DNA of 64,000 nucleotides from an uncultured Candidatus Rokubacteria bacterium (GCA_963747235.1 CAVVEU010000013.1:327517-391516), one strand, 5' to 3'. Positions 9,148-19,758 are shown, counted from the stretch's first letter. The notes: a model not told the origin generated them from the letters alone. Translations and numbers: made by a program.

Positions 9148-10227
9148 TCAGGCCAGGGGCTTGACGCCGAGCTCGCCCGCGATGTCGTTGCACTGGCGGA
9201 CGAGGGCGGGGGCGACCGGGATGCCCTGGGCGCGGCGCACGCGCTCGGTCTCGGCCTCGGGCTCGCCCGCGGTGTAGATGCGCTCCTGGCCGTCGGCGCG
9301 CGGCGTGTCGTGGAGCGCCTGCAGCAGGTCGTCCATGGCGGCGGTGAAATCCTCGAGGGGCCGGAAGCGCTCGATGTCGATCGCGGCGAAGCAATGGCCG
9401 GTGTTCGTCTCCTTGCGCTCGCGGCCGTTGGTGCGGTCGAGCACGTTGCCGTAGACGCCGCCCGAGAGCACGCCGGAGAGGATGTCCACCATCACGCCCA
9501 GGCCGTAGCCCTTGTGGCTGCCGAGCTCGCGGCTGCCGCCGAGCGGGGAGAGCAGGCGCGAGGCGAGGATCTCGCGCGCGTCGGAGGTCGGCCGGCCCTG
9601 CGCGTCGAGGCCCCAGCCCTCGGGGATCGGCTTGTTCCAGCGGGAGGCGATCGTGAGCTTGCCCACCGCGACGGTGGTCGTGGCCATGTCGAGCACGAAC
9701 GGCGCGTGGTGCGCGGCGGGCGCGGCCAGGCTCAGCGGATTGGTGCCCATCATGGGCTTCCTGGCGAAGGTCGGCACCATGGCCACGAAGGGCGAGTTGG
9801 TCACCGCGAAGCCGATCATCCCCCGCGCGAGGGCCATCATGGAATAGTTCGCGCACGCGCCGAAGTGGTTCGAGTTGCGCACCGCGACGATGCCGATGCC
9901 GTAGGTCGCGGCCTTGGTGATGGCGAGCTCCATCGCGAGGACGGAGGCGGGATGGCCGAGGCCCTTCTGTCCGTCCACCAGCGCGGTGGCCAGATCGTCG
10001 CGCGCCACGGTGGGCTCGGCCTCGGGCTGGATGAAGCCGGCCCGCGTCCACTCCACGTACTTCGGCAGCATGCCGATGCCGTGGGAGTCCACCCCGCGCA
10101 GGTCGGTGCGGACCATGAGATCGGCGGAGATGGCGGCGTTCTTCGACGACATCTTGAGCGCTTCCAGCACCGAGACGATGTACGCGGTGAGCGTGGGGGC
10201 GGAAACGGTGACGGCGGTGTCGGCCAT
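9148..10227 (-). CDS. Ldh_2 family (malate/L-lactate/sulfolactate-type) oxidoreductase
   Basis: DLRGVDSHG, NSNHFG, GTNPL, LDMATT, HKGYGL motifs. Confidence 0.88.
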   Translation of the reverse strand: MADTAVTVSAPTLTAYIVSVLEALKMSSKNAAISADLMVRTDLRGVDSHGIGMLPKYVEWTRAGFIQPEAEPTVARDDLATALVDGQKGLGHPASVLAMELAITKAATYGIGIVAVRNSNHFGACANYSMMALARGMIGFAVTNSPFVAMVPTFARKPMMGTNPLSLAAPAAHHAPFVLDMATTTVAVGKLTIASRWNKPIPEGWGLDAQGRPTSDAREILASRLLSPLGGSRELGSHKGYGLGVMVDILSGVLSGGVYGNVLDRTNGRERKETNTGHCFAAIDIERFRPLEDFTAAMDDLLQALHDTPRADGQERIYTAGEPEAETERVRRAQGIPVAPALVRQCNDIAGELGVKPLA

Positions 10228-10241
10228 GGTCGGGTCCTCGC

Positions 10242-10892
10242 TCAGGGCAGCCCGGTGATCTGGATGCCGGAGTTCTTCAGCTTGTAGCGGCGGTTGATCG
10301 TGGCCAGGACCGCGGTGATGCCCTCGAGCGGTCCCGCGTTGGTGAGCGCGCCCACGTCCACCGCGCGCAGGCCCATGGAGGCGCCCAGCTCGGTGACGAG
10401 CTTCTTGGCCTCCGCGTCGCCGCCGCAGAGGAGCAGGTCGCACGCGATGGCGTGGTCGCCCGCGGCCAGCTCGTGGGCCGCGATGTGATGGAAGGAGGCC
10501 ACCACGCGGGCCTCGGGGCCCAGGATCTCCTGCGCTTCCTCCGCGGCGGAGCCCTGTGGCGGCGGCGTGAAGAGGCGCCCGCCGCCGAAAGTGAGAGGCA
10601 CCACCGTGCTCACCACGATCTTGCCGCGACAGACGTCGCGCAGCTCGGGGAGCGTGGTCTGGAGCCCGGTGGCCGGCACGGTCAGCACGACCACGTCGCC
10701 GGCGGCCGCCGCTTCCCGGTTCGACTTGCCGTCCACCCGGCTACCGGGCGTGGACGCGGCCAGCTCCGCGGCCTTCGCGCGTGCCCGCTCGGGATCGCGC
10801 GAGCCGATGATCACCTCGTGCCCGGCCTGCGCCCACCGCAGCCCGAGCCCCACGCCTTCCTTGCCGGTGCCGCCCACGATGCCGATCCGCAT
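10242..10892 (-). CDS. npdG: NADPH-dependent F420 reductase
   Basis: IGIVGGTGKEG, GSRD, C-terminal INRRYK..SGIQITG; located in the cof cluster. Confidence 0.9.
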   Translation of the reverse strand: MRIGIVGGTGKEGVGLGLRWAQAGHEVIIGSRDPERARAKAAELAASTPGSRVDGKSNREAAAAGDVVVLTVPATGLQTTLPELRDVCRGKIVVSTVVPLTFGGGRLFTPPPQGSAAEEAQEILGPEARVVASFHHIAAHELAAGDHAIACDLLLCGGDAEAKKLVTELGASMGLRAVDVGALTNAGPLEGITAVLATINRRYKLKNSGIQITGLP

Positions 10893-10935
10893 GCCGTCTC
10901 CTGCTGGTTATCGAAACGGTTGCAGGTTGCTTGGG

Positions 10936-11688
10936 TTATCGGAACAGGTCGCGGGCCGGGTCGCGAAGCAGGGCGCGGGTCGAGCCGTCGCCCCGCGCCC
11001 AGTCGAGCCCGCGGATGATCGCCACCGGAATGCGGTCGAGCTTGCCCATCACCGGCTCGGCCGCGCCGGCCAGCTCGTCGGCCAGCGCCAGGATGGTCGC
11101 CTGCAGCACGTAGCCGGCGGGGTCCAGCTCGCCGAGATAGCTGCGGATGGGCTCGAAGCCCGCGAGGCCGACCGCCACGTTGACGAGGCCCTCGCGCCAG
11201 GGCCGGCCGAAGGTGTCGGCGATGATCACGGCCAGCTCGTGGCCGGTGAGCGCCTGCAGCCGCTCGCGGAGCGCGACCGCGGAGCGGTCGGAGTCCTCGG
11301 GCAGCAGGCACGCGGTGTCCGCGTCCACGTTGGACTGGTCCACGCCCGCGTTCGCGCAGACGAAGCCGTGATGCGTCTCCACGATGAGCACGCCCTTGGC
11401 CTGGCGGACGATGCGCCGGCTCTCGCCGAGGATGACCTCGACCAGTCGCGGATCGCGCCCGATCTCCTCCGCGACCGCCTGGGCTCGCGCGGAGGGGGTC
11501 ACGTCGGAGAGCCGCACGAGGCGGCCTTCGGCCTTGGAGACGATCTTCTGGCTGATCACCAGGAGGTCCCGTGCGGCGATCGGCGTGTCCTGGCGGCGCG
11601 CCGCGTCCACGATCAGGGGCGCCAGGTCGTCCCCGGGCCGGAACTCGGGGAGGCCGCCGACGCCGATGACCTCGTAGCGCGCCGGCAT
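10936..11688 (-). CDS. cofE: Coenzyme F420-0:L-glutamate ligase (stand-alone, no FbiB C-terminal domain)
   Basis: LPEFRPGDDL, KIVSKAEGR, ANAGVDQSN, DTFGRPWREG, DELAGAA, DLFR. Confidence 0.92.
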   Translation of the reverse strand: MPARYEVIGVGGLPEFRPGDDLAPLIVDAARRQDTPIAARDLLVISQKIVSKAEGRLVRLSDVTPSARAQAVAEEIGRDPRLVEVILGESRRIVRQAKGVLIVETHHGFVCANAGVDQSNVDADTACLLPEDSDRSAVALRERLQALTGHELAVIIADTFGRPWREGLVNVAVGLAGFEPIRSYLGELDPAGYVLQATILALADELAGAAEPVMGKLDRIPVAIIRGLDWARGDGSTRALLRDPARDLFR

Positions 11689-11690
11689 GG

Positions 11691-12351
11691 CTAGCGGGCT
11701 CCCGCGGACCGCGCGCGCGCCGGGAAGCCGCGCAGGAGCCGGGCGCTCCGGGTGGCGGGCCCGCGCTCGAGAAGCACGGGCAGGTCGTCGGGCGCGTCCA
11801 CGTCGAGGCCGATGCCGGGCAGCTCGAGCACGCGCGGCGTCAGGCCGGCGGCCCGCGCGGTCTTCAAGTGATTCTCGAACGAGGGCTCCCCAAACGTGAG
11901 CGGGATCGCGTCCGGAGGCGCCAGCAGGGCGGCGTTGGTACCCCGGCCCGAGCGCGAGGGAACGAAGACCACGCCGGGGGCTTCCTCGAGGGCGCCACAC
12001 AGCGTGGCGATCTCCTGGGCGGTGACGCAGGGCACGTCGCCCGGGAGCGTGAGGAAGCGCGCCTTGCCACGGGTGACCGCCTCCCGCTGGGCGAAGGCCA
12101 CCGCGGCGGTGTGGCCGCGGTTGGCGCTCTCGGCGAGGCACTCGACCCCCCGGGCGCGAGCGACGGCCTGGACCTCCGGATCGGTGGTGACCACGAGCAC
12201 CGCGCCCGGCAGCGCGGCCGCCGCGGCGTCCAGCACGTCCTCGAGCATGGCGCGCGCTAGCTCGCGGCGCTCGGCCGGCGGATAGGGCGGGGATGAGGCG
12301 CTGCTTGGCGTTGACCAGGTCCTTCACCGGCACGGCCAGCAGGAGGCTCAT
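11691..12351 (-). CDS. cofC: 2-phospho-L-lactate/PEP guanylyltransferase (frameshift near 12280)
   Basis: AVPVKDLVNAKQRL N-terminus, MLEDVL, PGDVP, GTNA, FGEPSF..H, LDVDAPDDL. Confidence 0.88.
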
Positions 12352-13274
12352 GCGGCCGCGCTCAGGACGTGGCGGGCCAGCGTGATCTCGGCTTCGCGGC
12401 TCGACATCATGGTGGGCGCGGGCACGGGCGTGACGCCCACGGCCTGGATCTGGTCCGCCAGGGCCCGGTCCTGCTCGTCGAAGACCAGGCGGTCGAGCCA
12501 GGCGCCGTAGGCCCGGGCGACGCCAACCGCCGACACCGGCAAGCCCGCGGACGCCATGAGCCGCCCAGCGGGGCCCGAGACGGCGGCGCCACCCACGATG
12601 GGGCTGACGGCGACAACGTGCGCCGGCGTGGCGCCCAGGGCCTCCACGAGGCCCGGAACGGACAGGATCGGGCCCACCGAGGTGATCGGATTTGACGGGC
12701 ACACCAGGACGGCATCCGCGGTGGCGATCGCGTCCAGCACGCCCGGCGCGGGCGCCGACGCGGCGGCCCCCGCGTAGTCCACGGCCCGCACCTCGACCTG
12801 GGCCTTCTCGCGCACGAAGTACTCCTGGAAGGTCAGCCAGCCGTCCGGACCGAGGATGCGCGTACGCACCGGCTGGTCGGACATCGGCAGCACGGTGGCC
12901 GTCACCCCGAGGGCCGCGGCGAGCGAGCGGGTGACCTCGGTCAGCGTCCGGCCTTCCCGGAGCAGCCGCGTGCGGTGCAGATGCGTGGCCAGGTCGCGGT
13001 CGCCCAGGTTGAACCAGACCGGCTCGCCGAAGCGGGCGATCTGGTCGAGGGCGTGGAACGTCTCGTCGGTGAGGCCCCAGCCCTTCTGCTCGTCGATCAC
13101 CCCGCCCAGCGTGTAGGAGACGGTATCCAGATCGGGCGAGATGTGAAGACCCCAGATCTCCGCGTCGTCACCGGTGTTCACGATGACGGTGAGATCGCGC
13201 GGGTCCATGATCCGGGAGAGACCGCGGAGCAGCTTGGCGGCGCCGGTGCCACCCGCGAGCGCGGTGAGCTTCAT
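12348..13274 (-). CDS. cofD: 2-phospho-L-lactate transferase
   Basis: LAGGTGAAK, NTGDD, SPDLDT, LGDRDLATH, FQEYFV, PSNP. Confidence 0.95.
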   Translation of the reverse strand: MKLTALAGGTGAAKLLRGLSRIMDPRDLTVIVNTGDDAEIWGLHISPDLDTVSYTLGGVIDEQKGWGLTDETFHALDQIARFGEPVWFNLGDRDLATHLHRTRLLREGRTLTEVTRSLAAALGVTATVLPMSDQPVRTRILGPDGWLTFQEYFVREKAQVEVRAVDYAGAAASAPAPGVLDAIATADAVLVCPSNPITSVGPILSVPGLVEALGATPAHVVAVSPIVGGAAVSGPAGRLMASAGLPVSAVGVARAYGAWLDRLVFDEQDRALADQIQAVGVTPVPAPTMMSSREAEITLARHVLSAAA

Positions 13275-13292
13275 GGCGGGGCGAACGGCGGG

Positions 13293-13799
13293 TCAGTGCT
13301 CGCCGCGGGCGAGGGCGGAGCGAGAGCCGCCGCGCCCCGCGGTGCTCCAGAGGGCGGTGCCGCCGCGCCAGCCGAACAACCCGAGTCCGGGGCGGCCCTG
13401 GAGCTCGCGGGGCAGCTCCGCCTCGGGGGTCGGGATGAAGCCGCTGCGGACCCAGACCCGGTCGAGGCTCTGGGGTCGCGCGAAGACGGTGGTGATGCCG
13501 GCGGTGGCGGTGTGGGCCAGCGACTGGCCGACGAGCTCGGCCGCCACGGCCAGCACGTCCTCCGCCGGCGTGTCGGGCGGGGCCACGACCACCGGTCCGT
13601 GCAGCATCGCCGTGGCGCCCGCCCGCTCCATCAGGACCGCTCCCACGAGTCGCTCCCCGTCCCAGGCACCCCAGCCGGCGTGAACGTCGGCCGGCGGCGG
13701 GGTCCAGGCTCCCGCGAACCGGAACAGCTCGCGGGCCTCCTCCCAGGACGCGGGGAGCGGTCGATAGGCGAGAGCGTCGTGCGTGTTACTTCTTGCCAA
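13293..13799 (-). CDS. GNAT-like hypothetical protein
   Basis: ERLVGAVLME...LHGPVV...AELV...GF pattern resembles a GNAT fold; start uncertain. Confidence 0.5.
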   Translation of the reverse strand: MARSNTHDALAYRPLPASWEEARELFRFAGAWTPPPADVHAGWGAWDGERLVGAVLMERAGATAMLHGPVVVAPPDTPAEDVLAVAAELVGQSLAHTATAGITTVFARPQSLDRVWVRSGFIPTPEAELPRELQGRPGLGLFGWRGGTALWSTAGRGGSRSALARGEH

Positions 13800-14073
13800 G
13801 CACCGAGTCCTTGAGGGACTTGGCGAGCCGGAACTTCACCACGCGCTTGGCCGGGATCTTGATGGGCTCACCGGTCTGGGGGTTGCGCCCCATCCGGGCC
13901 TTGCGGTTGGCCAGCACGAGCCGGCCGAAGTTCGGCACCACGAACACGTTCTTTGCTTCCTTGGTCGCAAGCGACAGTAGCTGGTCCATGACGTCGACGA
14001 CCTGCTTCTTCGAGAGCTCCGTCTTCTGGGCCAGGTGAGCGATGATGGAGGACTTCGTCATCGTTTTTGCCAT
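13786..14073 (-). CDS. HU-family DNA-binding protein
   Basis: MTKS.., NFG, RKARMGRNPQTGEPIKIPAKRVVKF; GGAGG RBS before ATG 14073. Confidence 0.93.
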   Translation of the reverse strand: MAKTMTKSSIIAHLAQKTELSKKQVVDVMDQLLSLATKEAKNVFVVPNFGRLVLANRKARMGRNPQTGEPIKIPAKRVVKFRLAKSLKDSVLGKK

Positions 14074-14220
14074 GTGCTTCCCTCCGGGTTTGAGTGTGAG
14101 AGTGAACGGTCGGGCCGTTGAGGATTCACACGTCTCGTGAAGCCAAGGGCCAATTCTACTCAAGCCGACCCGCGCGCTCAACTGCTGAATGCGCGGGCGA
14201 ATGCGCGGAGACGCGGTGTC

Positions 14221-15503
14221 CTAGTCGCCCGGCGCGCGTGTGGGGTGCAGGAAGCGGAACTGCCCCGATCCGGCCAGGGCGCGATAGGAGCCGAAGCGCG
14301 CCTCCGCGTTCTCCACGTGATCGAGCGGCGAGTCGTCGGCCGGATCCTCGACCTCGTAGACGCGGAGCAGCTCGTAGGTGGTGGAGCGCTGGGCCGGGAC
14401 GCGTCCCGCATCGCGGATGAGCCGGCGCAGCTCGACCGGCGGCACGAGCTGGCCGTACGACGCGCCGGCGGAGGTGGAGATGGATTCGTTGATCAGGGTG
14501 CCGCCCATGTCGTTGCAGCCCGCCGCGAGGAGGACCTGGGCGAGCTTGGGCCCTTCCTTGACCCACGAGCACTGGATGTTGCGGAAGAGCGGGCCCAGGA
14601 AGAGGCGCGCCAGCGCGTGCATCCGGATCACCTCGAGGCCGGTGGCCCCCTGGCGCACGCCGGGCACGAGGCCGCGGCGGTACATCGGCGCCTCCTGGTG
14701 GATGAGCGAGAGGGGGACGAACTCGGTGAAGCCGCCCGTCTCCTTCTGGATGGAGCGGAGCAGGTCCATGTGCCGGATCCAGTGCTCGGGCCGCTCCACG
14801 TGTCCGTACATGATGGTGGAGGTGGTCCGGATGCCCTGGGCGTGCGCGGAGGTGATCACCTCGATCCACTGCTTGACCGTGATGCGGCCGCGCGCGATGA
14901 CGTCCCGGATCTCCTGGTCCAGCACCTCGGCCGAGGTCCCGGGCAGCGTGCCGAGGCCGACCTTCTTGAGCTCGGCCAGGTATTCGGGAATGGAGAGCCC
15001 CGAGCGGGTGGAGCCGTAGAGGATCTCCTCGGGCGAGAAGGCGTGCAGGTGCATCTCGGGCAGGGCCGCCTTGATCGCGCGGCAGAGATCGATGTAGTAG
15101 CGGCCGTCGAGCTTGGGAGGCAGGCCCGCCTGGATGCAGACCTCGGTGGCGCCCATCTCCCACGCCTCGATGGCGCGGCGGACCACCTCGTCCATCGGCA
15201 GGAAGTAGCCTTCCTCCTCGCGGTGGTCGCGGCTGAACGCGCAGAACGTGCAATGCTTGATGCACACGTTGGTGAAGTTGATGTTGCGGTTGACGACGTA
15301 GGTGACCACGTCGCCCGCCTGGCGACGCCGCATCTCGTCGGCGACCAGCGTCAGCGCCTGCAGGTCGCGCCCCTGGGTCTCGGTGAGGCGGATGCCGTCG
15401 GCGACCGACAGCTCGCCGCCGTCGAGCAGCGCGCCCAGGATGCGGCGGGTATCGGGCGAAGCCCAGTCCAGCGAGATCGCGGTCGGCGTTGTCGGTCGAG
15501 CAT
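14221..15503 (-). CDS. cofH: FO synthase subunit CofH (N-terminal frameshift)
   Basis: VTYVVNRNINFTNVCIKHCTFCAF radical-SAM motif, PGTSAE, SWVKEG, NDMGGTL..ESIS. Confidence 0.9.
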
Positions 15504-16706
15504 TACCAGTTTCTCCATATCTCCAGATCGGGTCGCACGAAGCCCTCGGCGTCCACGAGCTCGGCCACGCGCGGGCGCAGCCGCTCGTCGAGGAACGCCT
15601 CGCGGGTAGTGTACTCGGGATAGACGGCGAGGCGCTCGCGCAGCTCGTGGCCGGCGGCCTCGGTGCGGCGCCGCAGCTCGGCCAGGCCGGGCCAGGGGCG
15701 CTCGGGGTTGATGTGATCCGGGGTCAGCGGCGAGATGCCGCCCCAGTCGTTCAGGCCGGCCGCGGGGAGCTGGTCGTAGCCTTCCGCCGACAGGTTGGGC
15801 GGGGCCTGGATGTTCATGGACGGGCCCAGCAGGAGCCGCGCCACCGCGACGGTCCGCAGGAGATCGAGCGCGCCGGGCTCGGGCCAGCCGCGCATCGGGA
15901 TCGTCGCCTTGGCGCGGAAGTTCTGGACGATGACCTCCTGGATATGGCCGTGGCGCTCGTGCAGGTCGCGGATGGCGAGGAGCGAGGCCACGCGCTCGGC
16001 GTGGGTCTCGCCGATGCCGATCAGGATGCCGGTGGTGAACGGGATGCCGAGGGCGCCCGCGCGCGCGATGGTCCGGAGGCGCCGCTGCGGGACCTTGTCG
16101 GGCGCCCGGTCGTGCGCGGCGCCCGGGGCGAGCAGCCGCTCGGACGTGCTCTCGAGCATGATGCCCATGCTCACGTTGACCTCCCGCAGCGAGGCCAGAT
16201 CCCGCTCCGTCATCAGCCCCGGGTTGGCGTGCGGCAGGAGCCCGGTCTCATCCAGGACGCGGGCGCTGATCTCGCGCAGATAGCCGAGCGTCGTGCGGTG
16301 CCCCACCGAGCGCAGGAAGGCGCGGTGCTCGGGGAAGATCGCCTCGGGCTTGTCGCCCAGCGAGAACAGCGCTTCCTTGGCGCCGAGCCGCGCGCCCGCG
16401 CTGGGCCAGGGCCAGCACCTGGTCGGGCGTCATCGTGAAGGCGCCCGGCTCGCCGGGATCCTTCCGGAAGGTGCAGTAGCCGCAGTAGTCGCGGCAAAGG
16501 GTCGTGAGCGGGATGAAGACCTTGGCCGAGAAGGTGATGCGCCGGCCGCGGCCCCGGTCGCGCAGGGCCGACGCGGCCCCGAGCAGCGCGGGCAGGTGCT
16601 CGGTCGGCGTCTCGAGGAGCGCGGTGGCCTCCGCCGCGTCGGGCGTCCGGCCCTCCGCGACCCGGTCCAGCGCCCGCTCGACCGGGGTCAGCTCGAGTAC
16701 TGCCAT
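15503..16706 (-). CDS. cofG: FO synthase subunit CofG (frameshift near 16400)
   Basis: FIPLTTLCRDYCGYCTF, LPHANPG, PFTTGILIGIGE, QEVIVQNF, QAPPNL, DWGGISPLT.DHINPE.PWP. Confidence 0.9.
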
Positions 16707-17137
16707 GAGGAGACGCGGCTGGGGGTCACGCGGATCATGAGGCCGCGCTCGCGCGGCAGCCCGAGGGTGCGGTACTGCGCGTACTTGGCGACGAGCAGAT
16801 CCACCCCGTGGGCGAACTGCGGGCCGTCCGTGAGCAGATCCGCCTGCCCCTGGATGATGACGTAGCGCAGACGGGTCCAGTCCTCGTCATACTGGTCGAT
16901 CACGATTGAGACGCGCGGATTCTCCCGGAGGTTGCGGATTCGCTTGAGCCCCTCGGGCGGCGCCTGCTTCGGCTTGGCGTCCACTGCGGAATACAGCGCC
17001 TGGCCGTCGAAAGCGTAGCAGATCGGCACCACCATCGGCTGGCCGCTCGCGTCGGCGGTGGCGAGCCGGCCGACCCGCGCGCTCGTGATGAAGCCGGCGA
17101 CGGGCGGGGGAATGGGCGTGGTCGGGCTCGACGGCAT
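16688..17137 (-). CDS. PPOX-class (FDOR) probable F420-dependent oxidoreductase
   Basis: ARVGRLAT, VVPICYA, AVDAKPK, LKRIRN..ENPRVS..D.YDEDW. Confidence 0.85.
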   Translation of the reverse strand: MPSSPTTPIPPPVAGFITSARVGRLATADASGQPMVVPICYAFDGQALYSAVDAKPKQAPPEGLKRIRNLRENPRVSIVIDQYDEDWTRLRYVIIQGQADLLTDGPQFAHGVDLLVAKYAQYRTLGLPRERGLMIRVTPSRVSSWQYSS

Positions 17138-17145
17138 GGGCCGCC

Positions 17146-18111
17146 CTAGCGGGGCGCCCGGAGGACCTTCGGCCGGACCTCCTGGGCGAAGCGCTCGATC
17201 AGCGTGAGCTGCCCCTTGAGATCCTGGGGCGCCGGATCGAAGACGAAGTGGGAGACGCCGAGCGCCTGATAGCTCTTGATGTGCCGGATGACGTCCTGGG
17301 CGGTGCCCCGGAAGCCGGGCTGATCGCTCACCGCCGCGTTGCCGCGCCTGGCGGCCAGCTCGAGCGGCACCCGTACCGAGAGGGTGATGGCCTTCGGGTC
17401 GCGCCCGGCCTTGCGGGCCCAGCCGTGGATGACCTTGACCTTCTCCGCGTACTCGTCGGGCAGGAGCATCGCGGGTGGCCGCATCGCGATGGGATGCCAG
17501 GCGTCCGCGAGCTCGCCGGTGCGGCGCAGCGCCACGTCGGTGTGCCCGCCGATCCAGATCGGGATGCCGCCCTTCTGGCGCGGCTTGGGCATGGCGCTCA
17601 CCGAGGGCAGACGATAGTGCGCGCCCTTGAACTCCACCGGCTCCTTCGTCCACATGTCCCGCATGAGGCGCAGGTACTCGTCCGTGACCTTGCCCCGCTC
17701 CGCAAAGGGCGGCGCCTGGAGCGTCTCGAATTCCTCCTTCATCCAGCCCACTCCGGCGCCCAGGATGATGCGGCCGCCCGACATCACGTCGAGCGTGGCC
17801 AGCATCTTGGCGGTCACGACCGGGTTGCGATACGGCACGACCAGCACACTGGTGCCGATCTTCACGCGGGAGGTCAGCCCGACCAGGACTCCCATCATCG
17901 CCATCGGCTCGAGGTAGCCGTTCGTCCAGTCGCCGGTGAAGCGGCCGCTGGCCGCGTAGGGATAGGTCGAGTTGTAGGAGGTCGGGATGACCACGTGATC
18001 GGTCACGAAGACCGAGGCGTAGCGGAGCGCGTCTGCCTTCTCGGCCAGCTTGGTGAGCGCCTCCGGCGTCGCGAGCGGACCACGGCCCGGCAGAGCGAAG
18101 CCGAATTGCAT
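17146..18111 (-). CDS. LLM-class F420-dependent oxidoreductase
   Basis: TDHVVIP, GTSVLVVPYRNP..TAK..ATLD..SGGR..LG.GVGW..EEF, PIWIGG. Confidence 0.9.
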   Translation of the reverse strand: MQFGFALPGRGPLATPEALTKLAEKADALRYASVFVTDHVVIPTSYNSTYPYAASGRFTGDWTNGYLEPMAMMGVLVGLTSRVKIGTSVLVVPYRNPVVTAKMLATLDVMSGGRIILGAGVGWMKEEFETLQAPPFAERGKVTDEYLRLMRDMWTKEPVEFKGAHYRLPSVSAMPKPRQKGGIPIWIGGHTDVALRRTGELADAWHPIAMRPPAMLLPDEYAEKVKVIHGWARKAGRDPKAITLSVRVPLELAARRGNAAVSDQPGFRGTAQDVIRHIKSYQALGVSHFVFDPAPQDLKGQLTLIERFAQEVRPKVLRAPR

Positions 18112-18118
18112 GAGCCGC

Positions 18119-18147
18119 ATATTGCTCGCCGCGTTTGGGCCTGTCAA
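18119..18147 (-). promoter_or_regulatory. Sigma70-like promoter for LLM-cof operon (leaderless)
   Basis: Minus strand TTGACA-17 nt-CAATAT, 7 nt before ATG 18111. Confidence 0.55.
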
Positions 18148-18329
18148 GGCGGGGGTTTGCGCGATCCATGGTCGGGCGACCCGCTTGGGGTGCATCGGTA
18201 AGCTTCTTTATTTATCCGCTCGGCTCGCCTTCGGCTGCGCCTCGCCAAGCCACTGCCTCTTTGCGCCAACGGCTTGCCCGCGGGCGACGCGCATGGCTGC
18301 GCCCGGGCATTCCACGGCCCACGGCGCCC

Positions 18330-18347
18330 GTGTCAGCGGGCTGACAC
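18330..18347. promoter_or_regulatory. Perfect palindrome, candidate operator
   Basis: GTGTCAGC-GG-GCTGACAC in the divergent intergenic region. Confidence 0.45.
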
Positions 18348-18402
18348 CAAAAAATCGGGCCTATGCTAGGCTCGTAATTGCCATGTTGATCGGGAGAGCC
18401 TC

Positions 18403-19758
18403 GTGAAGCCGCGCATCCTCGTGGTGGACGACGAATCGGTCATCGCCGAGAATCTCCGTCTGACCCTCGAGCGCGAGGGCTATGACGTGGAAACGGCGGG
18501 GAATACCGTCGGCGCCATGCTCCGGATGGAGACGCGGGAGTTCGCTCTGGGCGTGGTGGATCTGATCTTGCCGGACGGCGACGGCCTCCACCTGCTGCGC
18601 CTCCTGAAGGCCAAGGACCCCTCGATCGAAGTCATCATCATGACCGGGCACGGGTCCATCTCCAAGGCGGTCGAGGCGACCAAGCAGGGCGCCTTCTACT
18701 TCGTCGCCAAGCCCTTCGACGCCGATGAAATGCTGATGCTGGTGGGCAAGGCGCTGGAGCGCCGGCGCCTGCTCGCCGAGACGTCGGATCTGCGGCGCAA
18801 GCTCGCCGAGCAGGCCGCCTACGGCGAGATGCTCGGGTCCTCCCCGGCGATCAAGCGCGTCTTCGAGATGCTGGAGTCGGTGGCCTCCTCCGACGCCAAC
18901 GTGCTCATCGTGGGCGAGAGCGGCACCGGCAAGGAGCTGGCCGCCAACGCGGTCCACGCGAAGAGCACGCGAGTCGATGGCCCGATGGTGAAGATCAACT
19001 GCGCGGCGCTGCCGAAGGACCTGATCGAGTCCGAGCTCTTCGGCCACGTGAAGGGCGCCTTCACCGGCGCGTCCACCGACAAGTCCGGATTGCTGGAGGA
19101 GGCGCATCGCGGCTCGCTGCTGCTCGACGAGATCACCGAGATGCCGCTCGATCTGCAGGCCAAGCTGCTCCGCGTGCTGGAGGACCGCACGGTGCGCCGG
19201 CTCGGCGGGGCCAAGACCGTGCCGGTGGACTTCCGGCTGATCTGCTCGACCAACCGGGAGCCGGAGGTGGCGCTGCGCGAGGGCCGCCTGCGCCAGGATC
19301 TCTACTTCCGCATCAACACGGTGACGGTGGCGCTGCCGTCCCTGCGCGATCGCACCGGCGACATCCCGCTGCTGGCCAAGTCCTTCCTCGAGCGCTTCCG
19401 GGCCAAGCACGGGCGGGAGGTCGAGAGCATCGACCCCGAGGCCTACCGGCGGCTGCTCTCCTATGGCTGGCCGGGCAATATCCGCGAGCTCGAGCACGCG
19501 ATCGAGCGGGCGGTCCTGGTGGCTCGTGGCCGCGAGATCACCCTGGCGGATCTGCCGGAGCCCCTGCAGGTCGATCCCTCGCCGGGCGGGTCGGCCCCTC
19601 CGCCGGGCTCGCTGGAGGAGATCGAGCGCGTGTCCATCGTCCGGGCGCTCGAGTCCACCGGCTGGAACAAGCAGGCCGCCGCCCAGGTCCTGGGCCTCAG
19701 GCGCCCGACCTTGTACTCGAAGATGCGCCGGCACGGGATCCCCCAGCGCCGGGCCTGA
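18403..19758 (+). CDS. Sigma54-dependent response regulator (REC-AAA+-HTH)
   Basis: REC domain, GESGTGKE, ESELFGHVKGAFTGA, WPGNIREL, C-terminal HTH. Confidence 0.95.
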   Translation: MKPRILVVDDESVIAENLRLTLEREGYDVETAGNTVGAMLRMETREFALGVVDLILPDGDGLHLLRLLKAKDPSIEVIIMTGHGSISKAVEATKQGAFYFVAKPFDADEMLMLVGKALERRRLLAETSDLRRKLAEQAAYGEMLGSSPAIKRVFEMLESVASSDANVLIVGESGTGKELAANAVHAKSTRVDGPMVKINCAALPKDLIESELFGHVKGAFTGASTDKSGLLEEAHRGSLLLDEITEMPLDLQAKLLRVLEDRTVRRLGGAKTVPVDFRLICSTNREPEVALREGRLRQDLYFRINTVTVALPSLRDRTGDIPLLAKSFLERFRAKHGREVESIDPEAYRRLLSYGWPGNIRELEHAIERAVLVARGREITLADLPEPLQVDPSPGGSAPPPGSLEEIERVSIVRALESTGWNKQAAAQVLGLRRPTLYSKMRRHGIPQRRA

